64,000 nucleotides of DNA from an uncultured Elusimicrobia bacterium (GCA_964604825.1 CAZSAL010000007.1:128-64127), one strand, 5' to 3'; positions 26,537 to 37,092 are shown, numbered from the stretch's first letter. Notes: generated by a model from the sequence alone, not told the origin. Program-made: numbers and translations.

Positions 26537-27657
26537 TTCCAGGCCTCTGCCAGCTCACTGATAGGGAACAGGGCGCGGAAAGGCGCCAGAAAAGATACGA
26601 TCGCCGCGGCTGCAAGCTGTCTGAAGTTCCTGGAAAGGATGCCGAAAGAGGCAAATATCAGCATTTCCGCGAACAAAAAATGGAATCTGAGGCCAATCCC
26701 CAGCGCCGTAAGCGCAAACCAATAAGCCCAAAGCAACCTGAAAAACCGCCTCATGGCAACCATGCCCGCTACCGGGTTCATCCGGAAACATGAAGGCCAC
26801 AGGGCGCGCAGCCATTGGAGATTTCCGGCGAGCATTCTTTTTCTTCTCGCAAAATCGGAGATGTCATTCCTGACTCCGGCATCATGGACTTCCGCCGCGG
26901 GATAAACGATCACTCCGTCAGGGAAAAGAGCTCGCATGCCCAGCGGGATTACGACATCATCGTTAAGCCAATTCCTGTCGCCAAGAATTGCCAGGGTCCT
27001 TTTCAGGCAGGATGTTTTGTAACAGACAGTCGCGCCATGAACGCTGACCGGTCCTCCACAAAGGCCTTCGACTCTCTTTAAGAAATATTCAATACGCCAG
27101 ACCCAATGATGCAGCCAGCCTGCTGTCATGGGGTGATACGCGGGAGAAATCGCCATGGTTCTCGGATTTTTTCCCATTTGCGGGATTACTATCGAGAGAA
27201 AGTTCTCAAACCAGAGGGACCCGGAGTCGACCAGGATAATCCAATCCGCGCTTGAATTTTCGCACAGGGCTTTCAAAGTAAGCCACTTGCCGCCATTTTT
27301 CGGGAATTCAGTAACCTGAACGTTTTGAAACCGCCGGGCAATACGGGCGGTTTCGTCAACGCAGCTGTCCGCTCCAACGTGAACTTTGATGTCCGAAAGG
27401 TGGAGGGAATGTCCCTCGAAATAGCGAATCGAGCGCAAAACGCTTTCCAATGTCGAACCAATGATATTCGCTTCGTTATGTGCCGGGATTATTATCTCGA
27501 TGGAAGACGGATGTGCGGTCTCCAGCTTTGCAGGCGACTGCAGCAGAGTTTGAAAATAATACCCCGGTATGGCAATCAACGGGAAAAATATCGAAAGCCC
27601 CAAAAAACCAACAAAACTGACCGCGAGTAGTGTCCGGCCGATTTCAACCATATTCAT
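26533..27657 (-). CDS. Glycosyltransferase family 2, membrane-associated
   Basis: 374 aa. N-terminal TM, then IIIPAHNEANIIGSTLESV, a VDSGS motif (DxD-like), and C-terminal hydrophobic helices. It is the first gene of the minus-strand operon. Confidence 0.7.
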   Translation of the reverse strand: MNMVEIGRTLLAVSFVGFLGLSIFFPLIAIPGYYFQTLLQSPAKLETAHPSSIEIIIPAHNEANIIGSTLESVLRSIRYFEGHSLHLSDIKVHVGADSCVDETARIARRFQNVQVTEFPKNGGKWLTLKALCENSSADWIILVDSGSLWFENFLSIVIPQMGKNPRTMAISPAYHPMTAGWLHHWVWRIEYFLKRVEGLCGGPVSVHGATVCYKTSCLKRTLAILGDRNWLNDDVVIPLGMRALFPDGVIVYPAAEVHDAGVRNDISDFARRKRMLAGNLQWLRALWPSCFRMNPVAGMVAMRRFFRLLWAYWFALTALGIGLRFHFLFAEMLIFASFGILSRNFRQLAAAAIVSFLAPFRALFPISELAEAWK

Positions 27658-27827
27658 GATTTTCAGATTAGTTCTATAGGAAAGTCTTTTTCCATTTGCG
27701 CGTCATTTAGACACGCGATCAAATGAAAAGTTACATCGCCGCGGGCGCGATCCCGATTGAAATTTATTGTCTGGGAAGTGGATGAAATAATATTTCTGGA
27801 ATTTGGTGGGTAATCAGGGCTTACACT

Positions 27828-30800
27828 TTGCCCGTGGAACTAAAACGCATATCTAGGAAGTCCCTTGCCCTGGCGCTGAGTGTTGCGATAATTTCCACAG
27901 GCTGGATAAATCCCCGCTCCGCTCGCGCCGCAACAGGCATATCTGCCATCTGGGCCAATGAAGGAAGCGACAAAGTCACTCAGGACGACCTGCGGGTAGC
28001 CAAGGGGACAAACGTAAACAACTCGGTTTGGAACGGTTCTCAGATAAATATTTTTGGCGCGCGCAATGAGGTTGTTAATTTCAATCTGATTCTGGAAGCT
28101 CAAAGCGGCGCCAGCAATGTTAGCGTAACTTTTAACAAACTTACCGGACCAAACGGCGGCACAATCACTTCTGCCGCCGCCACTGGAGATCAGGTCTTCA
28201 GCTACGTCAATCGCAATATCGAGCTTTTTTACATTCGCTATCTGCAGATCAACGGTCTGAGCCTTGTTTCTTATAACACCTATGACGAACGGCACATTCC
28301 CTGGCGAATGCGCCGCCCGTGGACGGGCAACGGCGTTGGCAGCGGGACATGGAATGACCGCCCGGATCACAACAAGTATTACCCGGAAATTGCCGTTCCC
28401 CTGGAACTGGCTTCAACATTCAATATCGCATCGAGCCAAAACCAAAGCATCTGGTGCGATATCTATATTCCTAAAACGGCTGTTCCCGGCGTATATTCCG
28501 GCACGATCACCGTCCAGGAATCCGCAGGCACGCATCAAATTCCGGTTCAGCTGACGGTGCGCAACTTCACCCTGCCGGACACTCCTTCGGCGAAGACGAT
28601 GCTTTATTATTCGTACACGAACATCAATACCCGTTTTCTAGGGACCGCGAATGAATATCCGAATCCCGGGACTGCGGCGGAAACGCAGGCTGAGCAGATT
28701 CGGGACAAATATTTCATGCTCGCGCACAGGCATCGCATTTCCCTGATCAATGACGATCCGGCGGAGTGCGGCGGATCATCCGACCAGCCCTGTGCTGAAA
28801 TGGTTCCACGGCTGAACGGGAGCCTTTTCACCGCAATCAACGGGTACGACGGGCCGGGCGTTGGCATAGGGAATAACGTCTATTCTATCGGTACCTATGG
28901 AAGCTGGGGCTGGCAGAGCGGCGGGCAAAGCGGCATGAATCAGCATGCCGATGCCTGGGCGAGCTGGTTCAGTCAGAATTCACCGCAAACGGAATATTTC
29001 CTTTATTTGATCGATGAGTCCTCCAATTATTCCCAAATCCAGACATGGGCTCAATACATTTTGAACGATACGGGGCCGGGTCACGCGCTCAAATCCATGG
29101 CGACGATAGACCTGCCCAGCGCCGCAGCCAATTGTCCTGCCCTGGACATCCCCACTTCCACGCTGGTGCAGGGCGTAGCCTCGCAATGGGAGCCGCTTGA
29201 TCAAACATACGAGAACGATTCCCGAAAAAGATTTTTCATGTATAACGCTCATCGCCCCGCTTCAGGATCTACGGGGACGGAGGACGACGGGGTTTCTCCG
29301 CGAGAACTGGCGTGGGGACAGTATAAAAAAGGCGTGAACCGCTGGTTTGAATGGGAATCAACCTACTACAACAATTATCAGGGAGGGATGGGACAGACCG
29401 ATGTTTTCCATAATGCTCAGACCTTCGGCACATCCAGCAAAACAGACTCCGTATTGGGGCAGACAGGATGGAATTATTCCAATGGTGACGGCGTCCTGTT
29501 TTATCCCGGGACGGATATGGTTTATCCCGCGAGTTCCTACGGAGTGCACGGCCCGTTTGCCAGCCTGCGCTTGAAATACTGGAGAAGAGGCCTGCAGGAT
29601 GTGGATTACCTGACTATGGCTGCGGCAATCAATCCGAGCACGGTTCAAACGATTGTCAATAATATGGTCCCAAAGGTTTTATGGGATTACGGAGTGACGG
29701 ATTCTTCAGACCCCACCTGGGTTCTCACGGACATCAGCTGGCCCTACACAACTCCGGACAGCTGGGAAACGGCGCGCCTGCAGCTGGCAAATATCATCGA
29801 CGGTGGAACAACCTCATCCCCTCCTGGTATGGTGACAGGGGTCACTGCTGCCGCGGGCAACGGTCAGGTTGCATTGAGCTGGCTTGGCGTCAGCGGAGCT
29901 ACGTCTTACAACGTTTATTACAAACAGGGAACAGGCGTCACTACAGTCAATGGCACCAAAATTGCAGGGGCGAGTAATCCGGTAAATGTGACGAATTTAA
30001 CCAATGGTCAGGCTTATTCGTTCATAGTCACTGCCGTCAACAGCGCCGGGGAAGGAACACCGTCTGCGGAGGTTGATCAAACTCCCTTGGCGCTGCCGGG
30101 AACACCTGGCGGCCTGACAGCGACTGCGGGAAACGGAAGCGTAACTCTCTCCTGGAGCGCGGCGAGCGGGGCCACTGCTTATAACGTTTATTACACACAG
30201 GGCGCGGGCGTTACAACCTCTAATGGCACCCGCCAGGGAAATGCCGTCAGCCCGCAGGTTGTAACAGGCCTGGCCAACGGCCTGCTTTATTCTTTTATCG
30301 TTACAGGTATTAATGCCGTCGGAGAAGGATCGCCTTCTGCGGAAGCGGATCAAACGCCGGAAGGGCTGCCGGGTATTCCAAATGGCCTGACCGCAACAGC
30401 AGGCAACGGCCAGGTAACATTGTCATGGAACCCAGTCAGCCAGGCAACATCCTACAACGTCTATTACAAGCAGGGCACCGGAGTGACTACGTCAAGCGGA
30501 ACTGAATTGACGGGAGTTTCCAATCCAGTGAATGTGACGGGGCTGGCCAATGGACAGGTATATTCTTTCATCGTCACCGCGGTTAATGCGATGGGGGAAG
30601 GATCTGCCTCTTCCGAATTGGATCAAACTCCGCAGAGCGCGCCGGTCCCGGGCATTCCAGGCGATTTAACCGCTGCGGCGGGAAATGGCAGTGTGACTCT
30701 GGGCTGGAGCGCGGTAAGCGGCGCGACTTCTTATAACGTCTATTACAAACAGGGGGCAGGTGTCACAACGGGAAACGGTATTGAGATCAGCGGCGCAAAC

Positions 30801-32093
30801 AATCCGGCGGCTGTGACCGGCCTGACCAACGGCAAGCTCTATTCATTTATCGTCACTGCCGTAATCGGCGCAACTGAAGGTTCTTCTTCCGTAGAAGTAG
30901 ATCAAACGCCTTTGGCGCCGCCAGGAGTCCCAGGCGGGCTGACAGCGACCCCCGGAGACAGCAACATTTCACTGACATGGAATCCAGTCAGCGGGGCGCA
31001 ATCCTACAATCTTTACTATAAGCAGGGCGCTGGAGTGACTATGGCAAACGGGACGCGTTTGAGCGGGATCACCGCGCCCTGGGACGTAACGAACCTGGCA
31101 AATGGGCAGCTTTATTCATTCATCCTGACGGCAGTCAACAGCGTGGGAGAAAGTTCCCCTTCTTTAGAAGTTGATCAGGCGCCTCAGGGGCTTCCCGCAA
31201 TCCCGACCAACTTAACCGCAGCACCATCAGACGGTCAGATAGCCCTGACATGGGATGCCGTAAGTAATGCGACTTCTTACAACATTTACTACAGCCTGTT
31301 CCCGGGCGTAACGACTACGACAGGGCTCAAAACCTCTGCTACGGTAAATGCCCGGACGCTTACGAACCTGACAGACGGCTTGGCTTATTACTTTGCCGTA
31401 ACTGCGGTCAACAGCGCCGGAGAAAGTCCGCTTTCGATGGAGGTTTCCGCAACTCCCAGCGCTCCCGCTGTTACAAATAATCCTCCTGCGCAACCGGGTT
31501 TCTCTTTGCCGGACCAGCCGGTATTTATTAACCTGCAAACGGTCTACCCTCTCTCAGCCAGGCTGCAGGCCGTATCCAACAACGCCGCTCAAATCAGTTT
31601 CACGCTCAATTATGCCGGGGCTTATCCCACTGCGCGTATCCTTTCGGGAAGTCCCTCTTTGACTCAAAGCTATTCTTCGATCAGCAACAACGGATGGCTT
31701 GACTTCAGCTCCGTCTCAGGCCTGATGCCCGGAGCCTATCAGGTGACAGCCATTGGCCAGAACCCGGCCGGAGCTTCCGCTCCCGCAAGCGCGAATATCT
31801 TTTTAATTTCCGCGAGCGCAGGAACAGGAGCAACACCGCGCATCTACCCGAACCCCTGGCGACAGGACAAACACCAGGGTGATCCGATGATATTTGATCA
31901 GATGAATTTAAACAGCACGGTGAAAATATTCACCGTTTCAGGACATCTTGTGCGGACGTTAAACGCTCCGGCAGGCGGTGTGGTCTGGGATTTGACAAAT
32001 GACTCGGGAGACAGGGTGGCTTCGGGGCTTTACATCTACCTCATCACATCTGACGGCTCCACCACGCGCGGCAAACTCGCCATAATCCGGTAA
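27828..32093 (+). CDS. Giant secreted DUF4091/GH123-like protein with six FN3 repeats, an Ig-like region and a C-terminal FlgD-Ig/T9SS-type sorting domain
   Basis: 1421 aa with a TTG start and a signal peptide ending SARA. The N-terminal 650 aa or so are about 70% identical by eye to 14167..16713 (for example [52 protein letters not shown]). The C-terminus is IYPNPW...[11 protein letters not shown]...[20 protein letters not shown]...KLAIIR. Confidence 0.65.
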   Translation: MPVELKRISRKSLALALSVAIISTGWINPRSARAATGISAIWANEGSDKVTQDDLRVAKGTNVNNSVWNGSQINIFGARNEVVNFNLILEAQSGASNVSVTFNKLTGPNGGTITSAAATGDQVFSYVNRNIELFYIRYLQINGLSLVSYNTYDERHIPWRMRRPWTGNGVGSGTWNDRPDHNKYYPEIAVPLELASTFNIASSQNQSIWCDIYIPKTAVPGVYSGTITVQESAGTHQIPVQLTVRNFTLPDTPSAKTMLYYSYTNINTRFLGTANEYPNPGTAAETQAEQIRDKYFMLAHRHRISLINDDPAECGGSSDQPCAEMVPRLNGSLFTAINGYDGPGVGIGNNVYSIGTYGSWGWQSGGQSGMNQHADAWASWFSQNSPQTEYFLYLIDESSNYSQIQTWAQYILNDTGPGHALKSMATIDLPSAAANCPALDIPTSTLVQGVASQWEPLDQTYENDSRKRFFMYNAHRPASGSTGTEDDGVSPRELAWGQYKKGVNRWFEWESTYYNNYQGGMGQTDVFHNAQTFGTSSKTDSVLGQTGWNYSNGDGVLFYPGTDMVYPASSYGVHGPFASLRLKYWRRGLQDVDYLTMAAAINPSTVQTIVNNMVPKVLWDYGVTDSSDPTWVLTDISWPYTTPDSWETARLQLANIIDGGTTSSPPGMVTGVTAAAGNGQVALSWLGVSGATSYNVYYKQGTGVTTVNGTKIAGASNPVNVTNLTNGQAYSFIVTAVNSAGEGTPSAEVDQTPLALPGTPGGLTATAGNGSVTLSWSAASGATAYNVYYTQGAGVTTSNGTRQGNAVSPQVVTGLANGLLYSFIVTGINAVGEGSPSAEADQTPEGLPGIPNGLTATAGNGQVTLSWNPVSQATSYNVYYKQGTGVTTSSGTELTGVSNPVNVTGLANGQVYSFIVTAVNAMGEGSASSELDQTPQSAPVPGIPGDLTAAAGNGSVTLGWSAVSGATSYNVYYKQGAGVTTGNGIEISGANNPAAVTGLTNGKLYSFIVTAVIGATEGSSSVEVDQTPLAPPGVPGGLTATPGDSNISLTWNPVSGAQSYNLYYKQGAGVTMANGTRLSGITAPWDVTNLANGQLYSFILTAVNSVGESSPSLEVDQAPQGLPAIPTNLTAAPSDGQIALTWDAVSNATSYNIYYSLFPGVTTTTGLKTSATVNARTLTNLTDGLAYYFAVTAVNSAGESPLSMEVSATPSAPAVTNNPPAQPGFSLPDQPVFINLQTVYPLSARLQAVSNNAAQISFTLNYAGAYPTARILSGSPSLTQSYSSISNNGWLDFSSVSGLMPGAYQVTAIGQNPAGASAPASANIFLISASAGTGATPRIYPNPWRQDKHQGDPMIFDQMNLNSTVKIFTVSGHLVRTLNAPAGGVVWDLTNDSGDRVASGLYIYLITSDGSTTRGKLAIIR
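29819..31457 (+). repeat. Six tandem fibronectin type III-like coding repeats (267-279 bp each)
   Basis: Repeat boundaries fall after each DQTP/SATP, at 30086, 30359, 30632, 30911, 31184 and 31457. The consensus is [33 protein letters not shown]......[25 protein letters not shown]. Confidence 0.9.
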
Positions 32094-32548
32094 AAGGTCA
32101 GGGTCAGCCTCACCCCTTCCCTCTCCCTTAGGGAGAGGGTGGCCAGAGGCCGGGGGAGGATTAAACGGGCTATTTCCATCCCATGGCTCATGGAAATGGT
32201 GCGGCGCCGCACCATTTCCTGTACCTCAGGAGGCAATTTCAGCAAAGTAAGGTACTTGCTTGGGGTATTTCTGTCATCAAAACCTGCTTCTTTTGATATT
32301 TCCTCTATTGTCTTATTGTATGGGGCTTCTGTTAAAGCATTGAAAGCATCAGCCTTTTCCATGGGGTTAAGCTCATCCCGCTGGGTATTCTCAACCAGGG
32401 ACAGATATTCCGCTTCTTTTTCGGCCTTTTCAGCCATTTCTACCTGCTCTTTCGGGGTTTTAAGCCTTAAAATCTGCAAATAATGCTTCAATCCCAGATT
32501 TACCGCTCGAGCGGTATTTTCCCGTAGAGCTTCCGGCAAGCCGCGCAA
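32036..32548 (-). pseudogene. ParB/Spo0J-like remnant (HTH middle region only)
   Basis: LVENTQRDELNPMEKADAFNAL...ISKEAGFDDRNTPSKYLTLLKLPPEVQEMV...MSHGMEIARL matches ParB box/HTH segments. The open frame cannot extend beyond about 32590, so the N-terminal ParB domain (GERR motif) is missing. The 3' end reads through the hairpin and overlaps the giant gene. Confidence 0.45.
32119..32139. other. GC-rich hairpin (CCCTCTCCC-tta-GGGAGAGGG) just after the giant gene's stop
   Basis: Perfect 9-bp stem read directly. There is no following T-tract, so it is not a canonical intrinsic terminator. It is related to hairpins at 16741-16761 and 21428-21450. Confidence 0.6.
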
Positions 32549-32688
32549 GCTTACATATTCTTGGAGTTTACTCCAGGGGACGTTGCTGCTTAATTACCTT
32601 TTCAAAATTGCGGCAAAACTTACACGTTCAAAAAAGTAAAAAGCAGTTAAGCAGCTGCGTCCCCTGACCAGTGGTGGGATAAAACAAA

Positions 32689-32761
32689 AGCCGAGGATCG
32701 GACTTGAACCGACAACCGCCTGTTTACAAAACAGGTGCTCTACCAATTGAGCTACCTCGGC
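32689..32761 (-). tRNA. tRNA-Thr (anticodon UGU)
   Basis: Minus strand GCCGAGG TA GCTC AATTGGTA GAGC A CCTGT TTTGTAA ACAGG CGGTT GTCGG TTCAAGT CCGAT CCTCGGC T. All four stems pair, it has a T-loop TTCAAGT, and no CCA is encoded. Confidence 0.92.
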
Positions 32762-32768
32762 AAATCGA

Positions 32769-33494
32769 CTATTTGGGCCGGCACATCTCATACAACAAAA
32801 TCGAAGAAGCGGATGCAACATTCAGCGACCCTACAGCGGACCGGAGCGGTATGCCGATTAACCTGTCGCAATGTTCTCTGACCAGGCGGCGCAGCCCTTT
32901 CCCTTCGTTACCGACGACCAGGGCCAGACGCTTTGGCGGCGCATAATTCCATGCAGGTTCGCCGCCTGCTTCGGCGCCCGCGACTTCGAAACCGGCTTCT
33001 TTTAACTGGTCGATGGACTGAACAAGGTTGCCAACGCGTATTAAAACCAGATGTTCGGCAGCTCCTGCGGAAACTCTAACCGCGGCCTCGCTTACCGGAG
33101 AACTGCGCCAGCGCGGAATTACGGCAGCCGCGACATTAAAAAAACCCGCCGTGCGCAGGATGGCTCCAACGTTATGCGGGTCCTGGATTTCATCCAGCAG
33201 AATAACGAGCGCGGGCTTATCGGACGCCAGGCCGCGCAAAAAATCATCAAGCTCCAGATACTTTGCCGCGCTCACCTGCGCCACTAATCCCTGATGATGC
33301 GCGCCGCGGACCTTTTGATCCAGAACTTTCCGGTTCGTCCATTCTATCGGCACGCCCCGCTCACGGGCCGTGCGGACGATCTCGTCCACCTGCCCGCCCT
33401 GGATTCCTTCCATGATCCAGAGCTTGTGCAATGAACGCTTTCCCGCCTGCAGGACTTCCCAAACCGGGCGCCTGCCAAAAACCCATTCGTCCAT
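32769..33494 (-). CDS. rlmB: 23S rRNA (guanosine-2'-O-)-methyltransferase, SpoU/TrmH family
   Basis: 241 aa. N-terminal SpoU substrate-binding-like region. LDEIQDPHNVGAILRTA, LVVGNEGKGL, IPLRSAVGSLNVASA. Confidence 0.8.
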   Translation of the reverse strand: MDEWVFGRRPVWEVLQAGKRSLHKLWIMEGIQGGQVDEIVRTARERGVPIEWTNRKVLDQKVRGAHHQGLVAQVSAAKYLELDDFLRGLASDKPALVILLDEIQDPHNVGAILRTAGFFNVAAAVIPRWRSSPVSEAAVRVSAGAAEHLVLIRVGNLVQSIDQLKEAGFEVAGAEAGGEPAWNYAPPKRLALVVGNEGKGLRRLVREHCDRLIGIPLRSAVGSLNVASASSILLYEMCRPK

Positions 33495-33495
33495 T

Positions 33496-34929
33496 TTAGC
33501 TTCCTGCGCGGGGCAACAAGCGTGGCCCCTGAGGAGTATCTTCTACCGTATAACCGTGCTCCAGAATCGCCTGGCGCAGACGATCCGCTTCCTTCCAGTC
33601 TTTGCGGCCGCGGGCTTCTTCCCTGCGGTTGGACAATTCCGTGACCTCTGGCGAGATGAAAAGGCTCTGCATGAAGGAAAAAAGGTCCAGTCCAAGGAGA
33701 TGCGACATTTCCTTCAGACCGTCAAGGATGCACCGCACGGAACCGATCTGGACCTGGTTCCCGGAAAATTCTTTTTCCAGCTGACCTGCCAGCTGATGCA
33801 GTACCCCCAGCGCCTCCGGCGTATTAAAATCATCCCGCAGCGCTTCACGGAATTCCTCGACCGCCTTTTGGGTCGTGACGAATTCCTCAGGCGCCGGCTT
33901 GTCCGCAGATTCCATGACGCGGCTTTGTTTCCGGATCAGAAATGTGGCCCGGGCAATGGTGTCCATGAGGTTGGCCCGCGCTTCGCGGCTCTGCTGCAGC
34001 AGATCTTCGGAAAAATTCAGAGGAGAGCGGTAGTGCACGGTCAGCAGCATATAGCGCACAACCGCCGGATGGAACCGTTCAAAAATGTCCGACAAGGAGA
34101 AAAAATTCCCCAGAGACTTGGACATTTTCTCCTTGTTTACCGTCACAAATCCGTTATGAATCCATACGCGCGCGAACGGCGCTCCGGTCGCGGCTTCCGA
34201 CTGGGCAATTTCATTTTCATGATGCGGAAAAATAAGATCAAGCCCTCCGCCATGAATATCGAACTTCGGACCCAGATGCTTCAGCGCCATAACCGAACAT
34301 TCTATATGCCAGCCGGGGCGGCCGCGCCCCCAGGGGGAGTCCCACAAAGCTTCGGGAGGATCTTCCGGTTTGGCCGCTTTCCATAAAGCGAAATCCAGAG
34401 GATCATGTTTATCCTTGTTGACATCCACCCTGGCGCCGGCCTGCATTTCTTCCAATGGCCGTTTGGACAGCTTTCCATACTGCGGGAACGCTTTTATCGA
34501 ATAATAAACGTCTCCTCCCAGCACATAAGCGGCTTTTATCTCAATCAGCCTGCGGATAAGGTTCTGGATATCCGGGATATGCTCCGTGACGCGAGGATAC
34601 ACCTCCGCGCGCTGGATGCCCAGGGCATCCATTTTGTTGAAAAAGTCATCTATGTTCTGGCGGGCGATTTCCGTGGTTGTCTGGCCTTTTTCTCTGGCCC
34701 GGGCAATGATTTTGTCGTCGACATCCGTAAAATTCTGCACAAAACGGACGTTGTATCCTTCCGCTTTTAACACCCGCCGGATGATGTCAAAAGCGACGTA
34801 ACACCGCGCATGGCCAAGATGGCATACGTCATACGGCGTAATCCCGCAGACATACATTCGAACGGTATTGCCTTCACCCGGAGCGAAAGGCTCTACGGTA
34901 CCGGAAAAAGTGTTATAGATTTTAATCAT
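33496..34929 (-). CDS. cysS: Cysteine--tRNA ligase
   Basis: 477 aa. HIGH-type CHLGHAR, KMSKSLGN, WHIECS zinc site. Confidence 0.95.
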   Translation of the reverse strand: MIKIYNTFSGTVEPFAPGEGNTVRMYVCGITPYDVCHLGHARCYVAFDIIRRVLKAEGYNVRFVQNFTDVDDKIIARAREKGQTTTEIARQNIDDFFNKMDALGIQRAEVYPRVTEHIPDIQNLIRRLIEIKAAYVLGGDVYYSIKAFPQYGKLSKRPLEEMQAGARVDVNKDKHDPLDFALWKAAKPEDPPEALWDSPWGRGRPGWHIECSVMALKHLGPKFDIHGGGLDLIFPHHENEIAQSEAATGAPFARVWIHNGFVTVNKEKMSKSLGNFFSLSDIFERFHPAVVRYMLLTVHYRSPLNFSEDLLQQSREARANLMDTIARATFLIRKQSRVMESADKPAPEEFVTTQKAVEEFREALRDDFNTPEALGVLHQLAGQLEKEFSGNQVQIGSVRCILDGLKEMSHLLGLDLFSFMQSLFISPEVTELSNRREEARGRKDWKEADRLRQAILEHGYTVEDTPQGPRLLPRAGS

Positions 34930-35414
34930 CTGACCGTTTTCAGAAGCACAACCGCCTGCGAAGCAATGGCCTCGCCCCGTCCCACGGCATCAAGCCCTTC
35001 GTTGGTCTTTCCTTTCACCTGCACATTTCCAACGTCAATCTTCAGTAACCGGGAAATAGCGGCGCGTATCGCCGCGCGGTGCGGCAAAAGCTTCGGCGCT
35101 TCGGCGATTACAACGCAGTCGACATTCGCTACGCTGCAGCCCTGTTTTTCAACTTCGTGCAGCGCTTTGGAAAGCATCTGCCCGCTGGCTATGTTTTTTG
35201 TCAGCGGATCGCCCGGAGGGAAGTAATGACCTATATCCGGAAGCGCCGCCGCGCCGAGCAGGGCATCGGTGACGGCATGCAGCAGCACATCGGCATCGGA
35301 ATGGCCGTCCAATCCCTTTTCAAAGGGAATCCGTACCCCGCCAAGCATCAGCGGCCGTCCTTTTTTCAGCCGGTGGATATCGTAACCTATGCCGACTCTG
35401 TATTCGTTATTCAT
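34926..35414 (-). CDS. ispF: 2-C-methyl-D-erythritol 2,4-cyclodiphosphate synthase
   Basis: 162 aa. GIGYDIHRL, GHSDADVLLHAVTDALLGA. Confidence 0.95.
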   Translation of the reverse strand: MNNEYRVGIGYDIHRLKKGRPLMLGGVRIPFEKGLDGHSDADVLLHAVTDALLGAAALPDIGHYFPPGDPLTKNIASGQMLSKALHEVEKQGCSVANVDCVVIAEAPKLLPHRAAIRAAISRLLKIDVGNVQVKGKTNEGLDAVGRGEAIASQAVVLLKTVR

Positions 35415-36103
35415 ATTGATCTTTCATTCATAATACTTCTGGCCAAAATCAGGTCTGGAGGAAATGTAATTTTCAAATTTTCCGCCGACGCCTGTACAAG
35501 TTTTACCCGGACACCCAGACGCTCGACAAGCTGGGAATCATCGGTCGCAGACAGATTTTTACCGGCCCCGTAAGCTTTTTCCAGCAGCCTTCGTTCGAAT
35601 ATCTGCGGGGTCTGCGCCAGCCATGCCTGCTCGCGCGGCGGCGTCGCGCGGATGAATCCTTTTGCATCAGCAAGTTTGACTGTGTCCCTGCTTGGCCAGG
35701 CCGCGATCGCGGCTTTGTACTTTTTCGCCGCCTTCAGGACCGCCTCGATCTCCTTCGTCCGGATCAACGGCCGCACCGCGTCGTGTACTGCGACCCAGCG
35801 GAATCTGTCAGGAACTTCTGCCAACCCCTGTCTGACAGAATCGGTCCGGGTTTTCCCTCCGGGGACGATGGACAACAGTTTGGAAAATGACCATCGGCGG
35901 CAAAGCCGGCGCACTTCCGGAACATCATCTTTTGGAACAACCAATACAATCGATCCAAAAGAAGGGCTCTTTTGAAATGCCTGCAGGGACCACCATATGA
36001 TGGACCTGCCGCGCAGACTTAAATACTGCTTGCGGACCGTCCCTCCGAAACGCAGGCCTTTTCCACCTGCCACTATCACTGCTGCCGCGTCTTTAGCCAT
36101 CAA
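35411..36103 (-). CDS. ispD: 2-C-methyl-D-erythritol 4-phosphate cytidylyltransferase
   Basis: 230 aa. VIVAGGKGLRFGG, VAVHDAVRP, TPQIF. Confidence 0.9.
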   Translation of the reverse strand: MMAKDAAAVIVAGGKGLRFGGTVRKQYLSLRGRSIIWWSLQAFQKSPSFGSIVLVVPKDDVPEVRRLCRRWSFSKLLSIVPGGKTRTDSVRQGLAEVPDRFRWVAVHDAVRPLIRTKEIEAVLKAAKKYKAAIAAWPSRDTVKLADAKGFIRATPPREQAWLAQTPQIFERRLLEKAYGAGKNLSATDDSQLVERLGVRVKLVQASAENLKITFPPDLILARSIMNERSI

Positions 36104-37092
36104 TCTCTATCTTTATCGCGTATCTTTGTGAAAATCATCCGGCCGGCAGAAGTCTGGAGAACGGACGAAACCACAACATCCACCTTCCTGCCTACCGCTC
36201 TGCGGCCCTCTTCCACGACAACCATGGTACCGTCATCAAGATAGCCTACGCCCTGTTCTTTTTCCTTTCCTTCCTTGGCTATATAAATCACCATCTGCTC
36301 ACCGGGGAGAACGGCCGGCTTAAGCGCGTTGGCAAGATCATTGACGTTGAGCACGGCAACCCCCTGCAGGGCGGCCACCTTGTTCAGATTGAAGTCTGTC
36401 GTAAGGATCTTCGCGTCCACTTCCTTTGCCAGTTGAACAAGCTTGCCGTCCACATCCTTTATCTCCGGAAAATCCTTTTCGTAGATTTTTATTTTTATAT
36501 CCGGATGGTTCTGCAGCCGCTGCAGGATATCAAGGCCCCTGCGTCCACGGGCACGCCTGGCGCTATCAGCGGAATCGGCGATATCCTGGAGCTCTTTAAG
36601 AATAAAGCGCCCAACGATCAATGGGCCTTCCAAGAACTTGGTTTCATAAACATCGGCAACCCTGCCATCAATTATTGCCGAAGTATCTATGGTCTTGGCG
36701 TCGCCGCCCCGGTGACGACCTTTTAACGGTAATCCGTCCTCATCAAGCTGGTCCAGCTCCTGCTGCCGCCGGACCGCAATTACCATTCCCAGATAAGTTA
36801 GAACCAAGTATACGTAAGGCGAGTATTTATGATAAGTCACGGAAAGCCTGGGATCGCTTACCAGAATAACGGCTTCATTTAGAAACCAGGCAAAGATCAA
36901 TCCCAGACCGCCGCCGATAATGCCAAACAGCAGATGATTCAGCGAAACCCTTTGGATAATAATTTCTGCTCCGATGATAACAAGGGCCGCAGCAACGCCG
37001 ACGATGATTCCTTTGGCATCGCTGGAAACCTGATACCAGCCAATGATCGGGAATATCACAATGGCGAGTAACCGCATTAACCACAAACTCAT
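36100..37092 (-). CDS. Membrane-anchored PIN + TRAM domain protein (YacL-like)
   Basis: 330 aa. Four N-terminal TM helices, a PIN region (IDTSAIIDGR...ILTTDFNL) and a C-terminal TRAM-like beta domain. Its position between radA and ispD matches Firmicutes. Confidence 0.75.
   Translation of the reverse strand: MSLWLMRLLAIVIFPIIGWYQVSSDAKGIIVGVAAALVIIGAEIIIQRVSLNHLLFGIIGGGLGLIFAWFLNEAVILVSDPRLSVTYHKYSPYVYLVLTYLGMVIAVRRQQELDQLDEDGLPLKGRHRGGDAKTIDTSAIIDGRVADVYETKFLEGPLIVGRFILKELQDIADSADSARRARGRRGLDILQRLQNHPDIKIKIYEKDFPEIKDVDGKLVQLAKEVDAKILTTDFNLNKVAALQGVAVLNVNDLANALKPAVLPGEQMVIYIAKEGKEKEQGVGYLDDGTMVVVEEGRRAVGRKVDVVVSSVLQTSAGRMIFTKIRDKDRD

Noticed and set aside
29819-31457. A regular repeat periodicity of about 273 bp could superficially suggest a repeat array or CRISPR.
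   Set aside because: The repeats are long, contiguous and in frame, and they translate to FN3 modules inside a continuous ORF. There are no short repeat/spacer units.
32594-32946. ORFs 32594..32821 (-) and 32704..32946 (+).
   Set aside because: Both overlap the well-formed tRNA-Thr gene (32689..32761), and the second also overlaps the 3' end of rlmB. The ORFs are by-products of the tRNA sequence.
33370-34386. 338-aa plus-strand ORF antisense to cysS. Similar long antisense ORFs lie at 37239..38102 (radA), 43431..44468 (dnaB/rplI), 48356..49075 (PGM), 51175..51960 (GMP/PMM), 55745..56612 (ppdK) and 58112..58795 (Ntn hydrolase).
   Set aside because: Each lies opposite a gene with unambiguous family motifs. 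Their translations are Arg/Gly/Phe-rich and low in complexity with no recognisable motifs. This is typical of stop-poor antisense frames.
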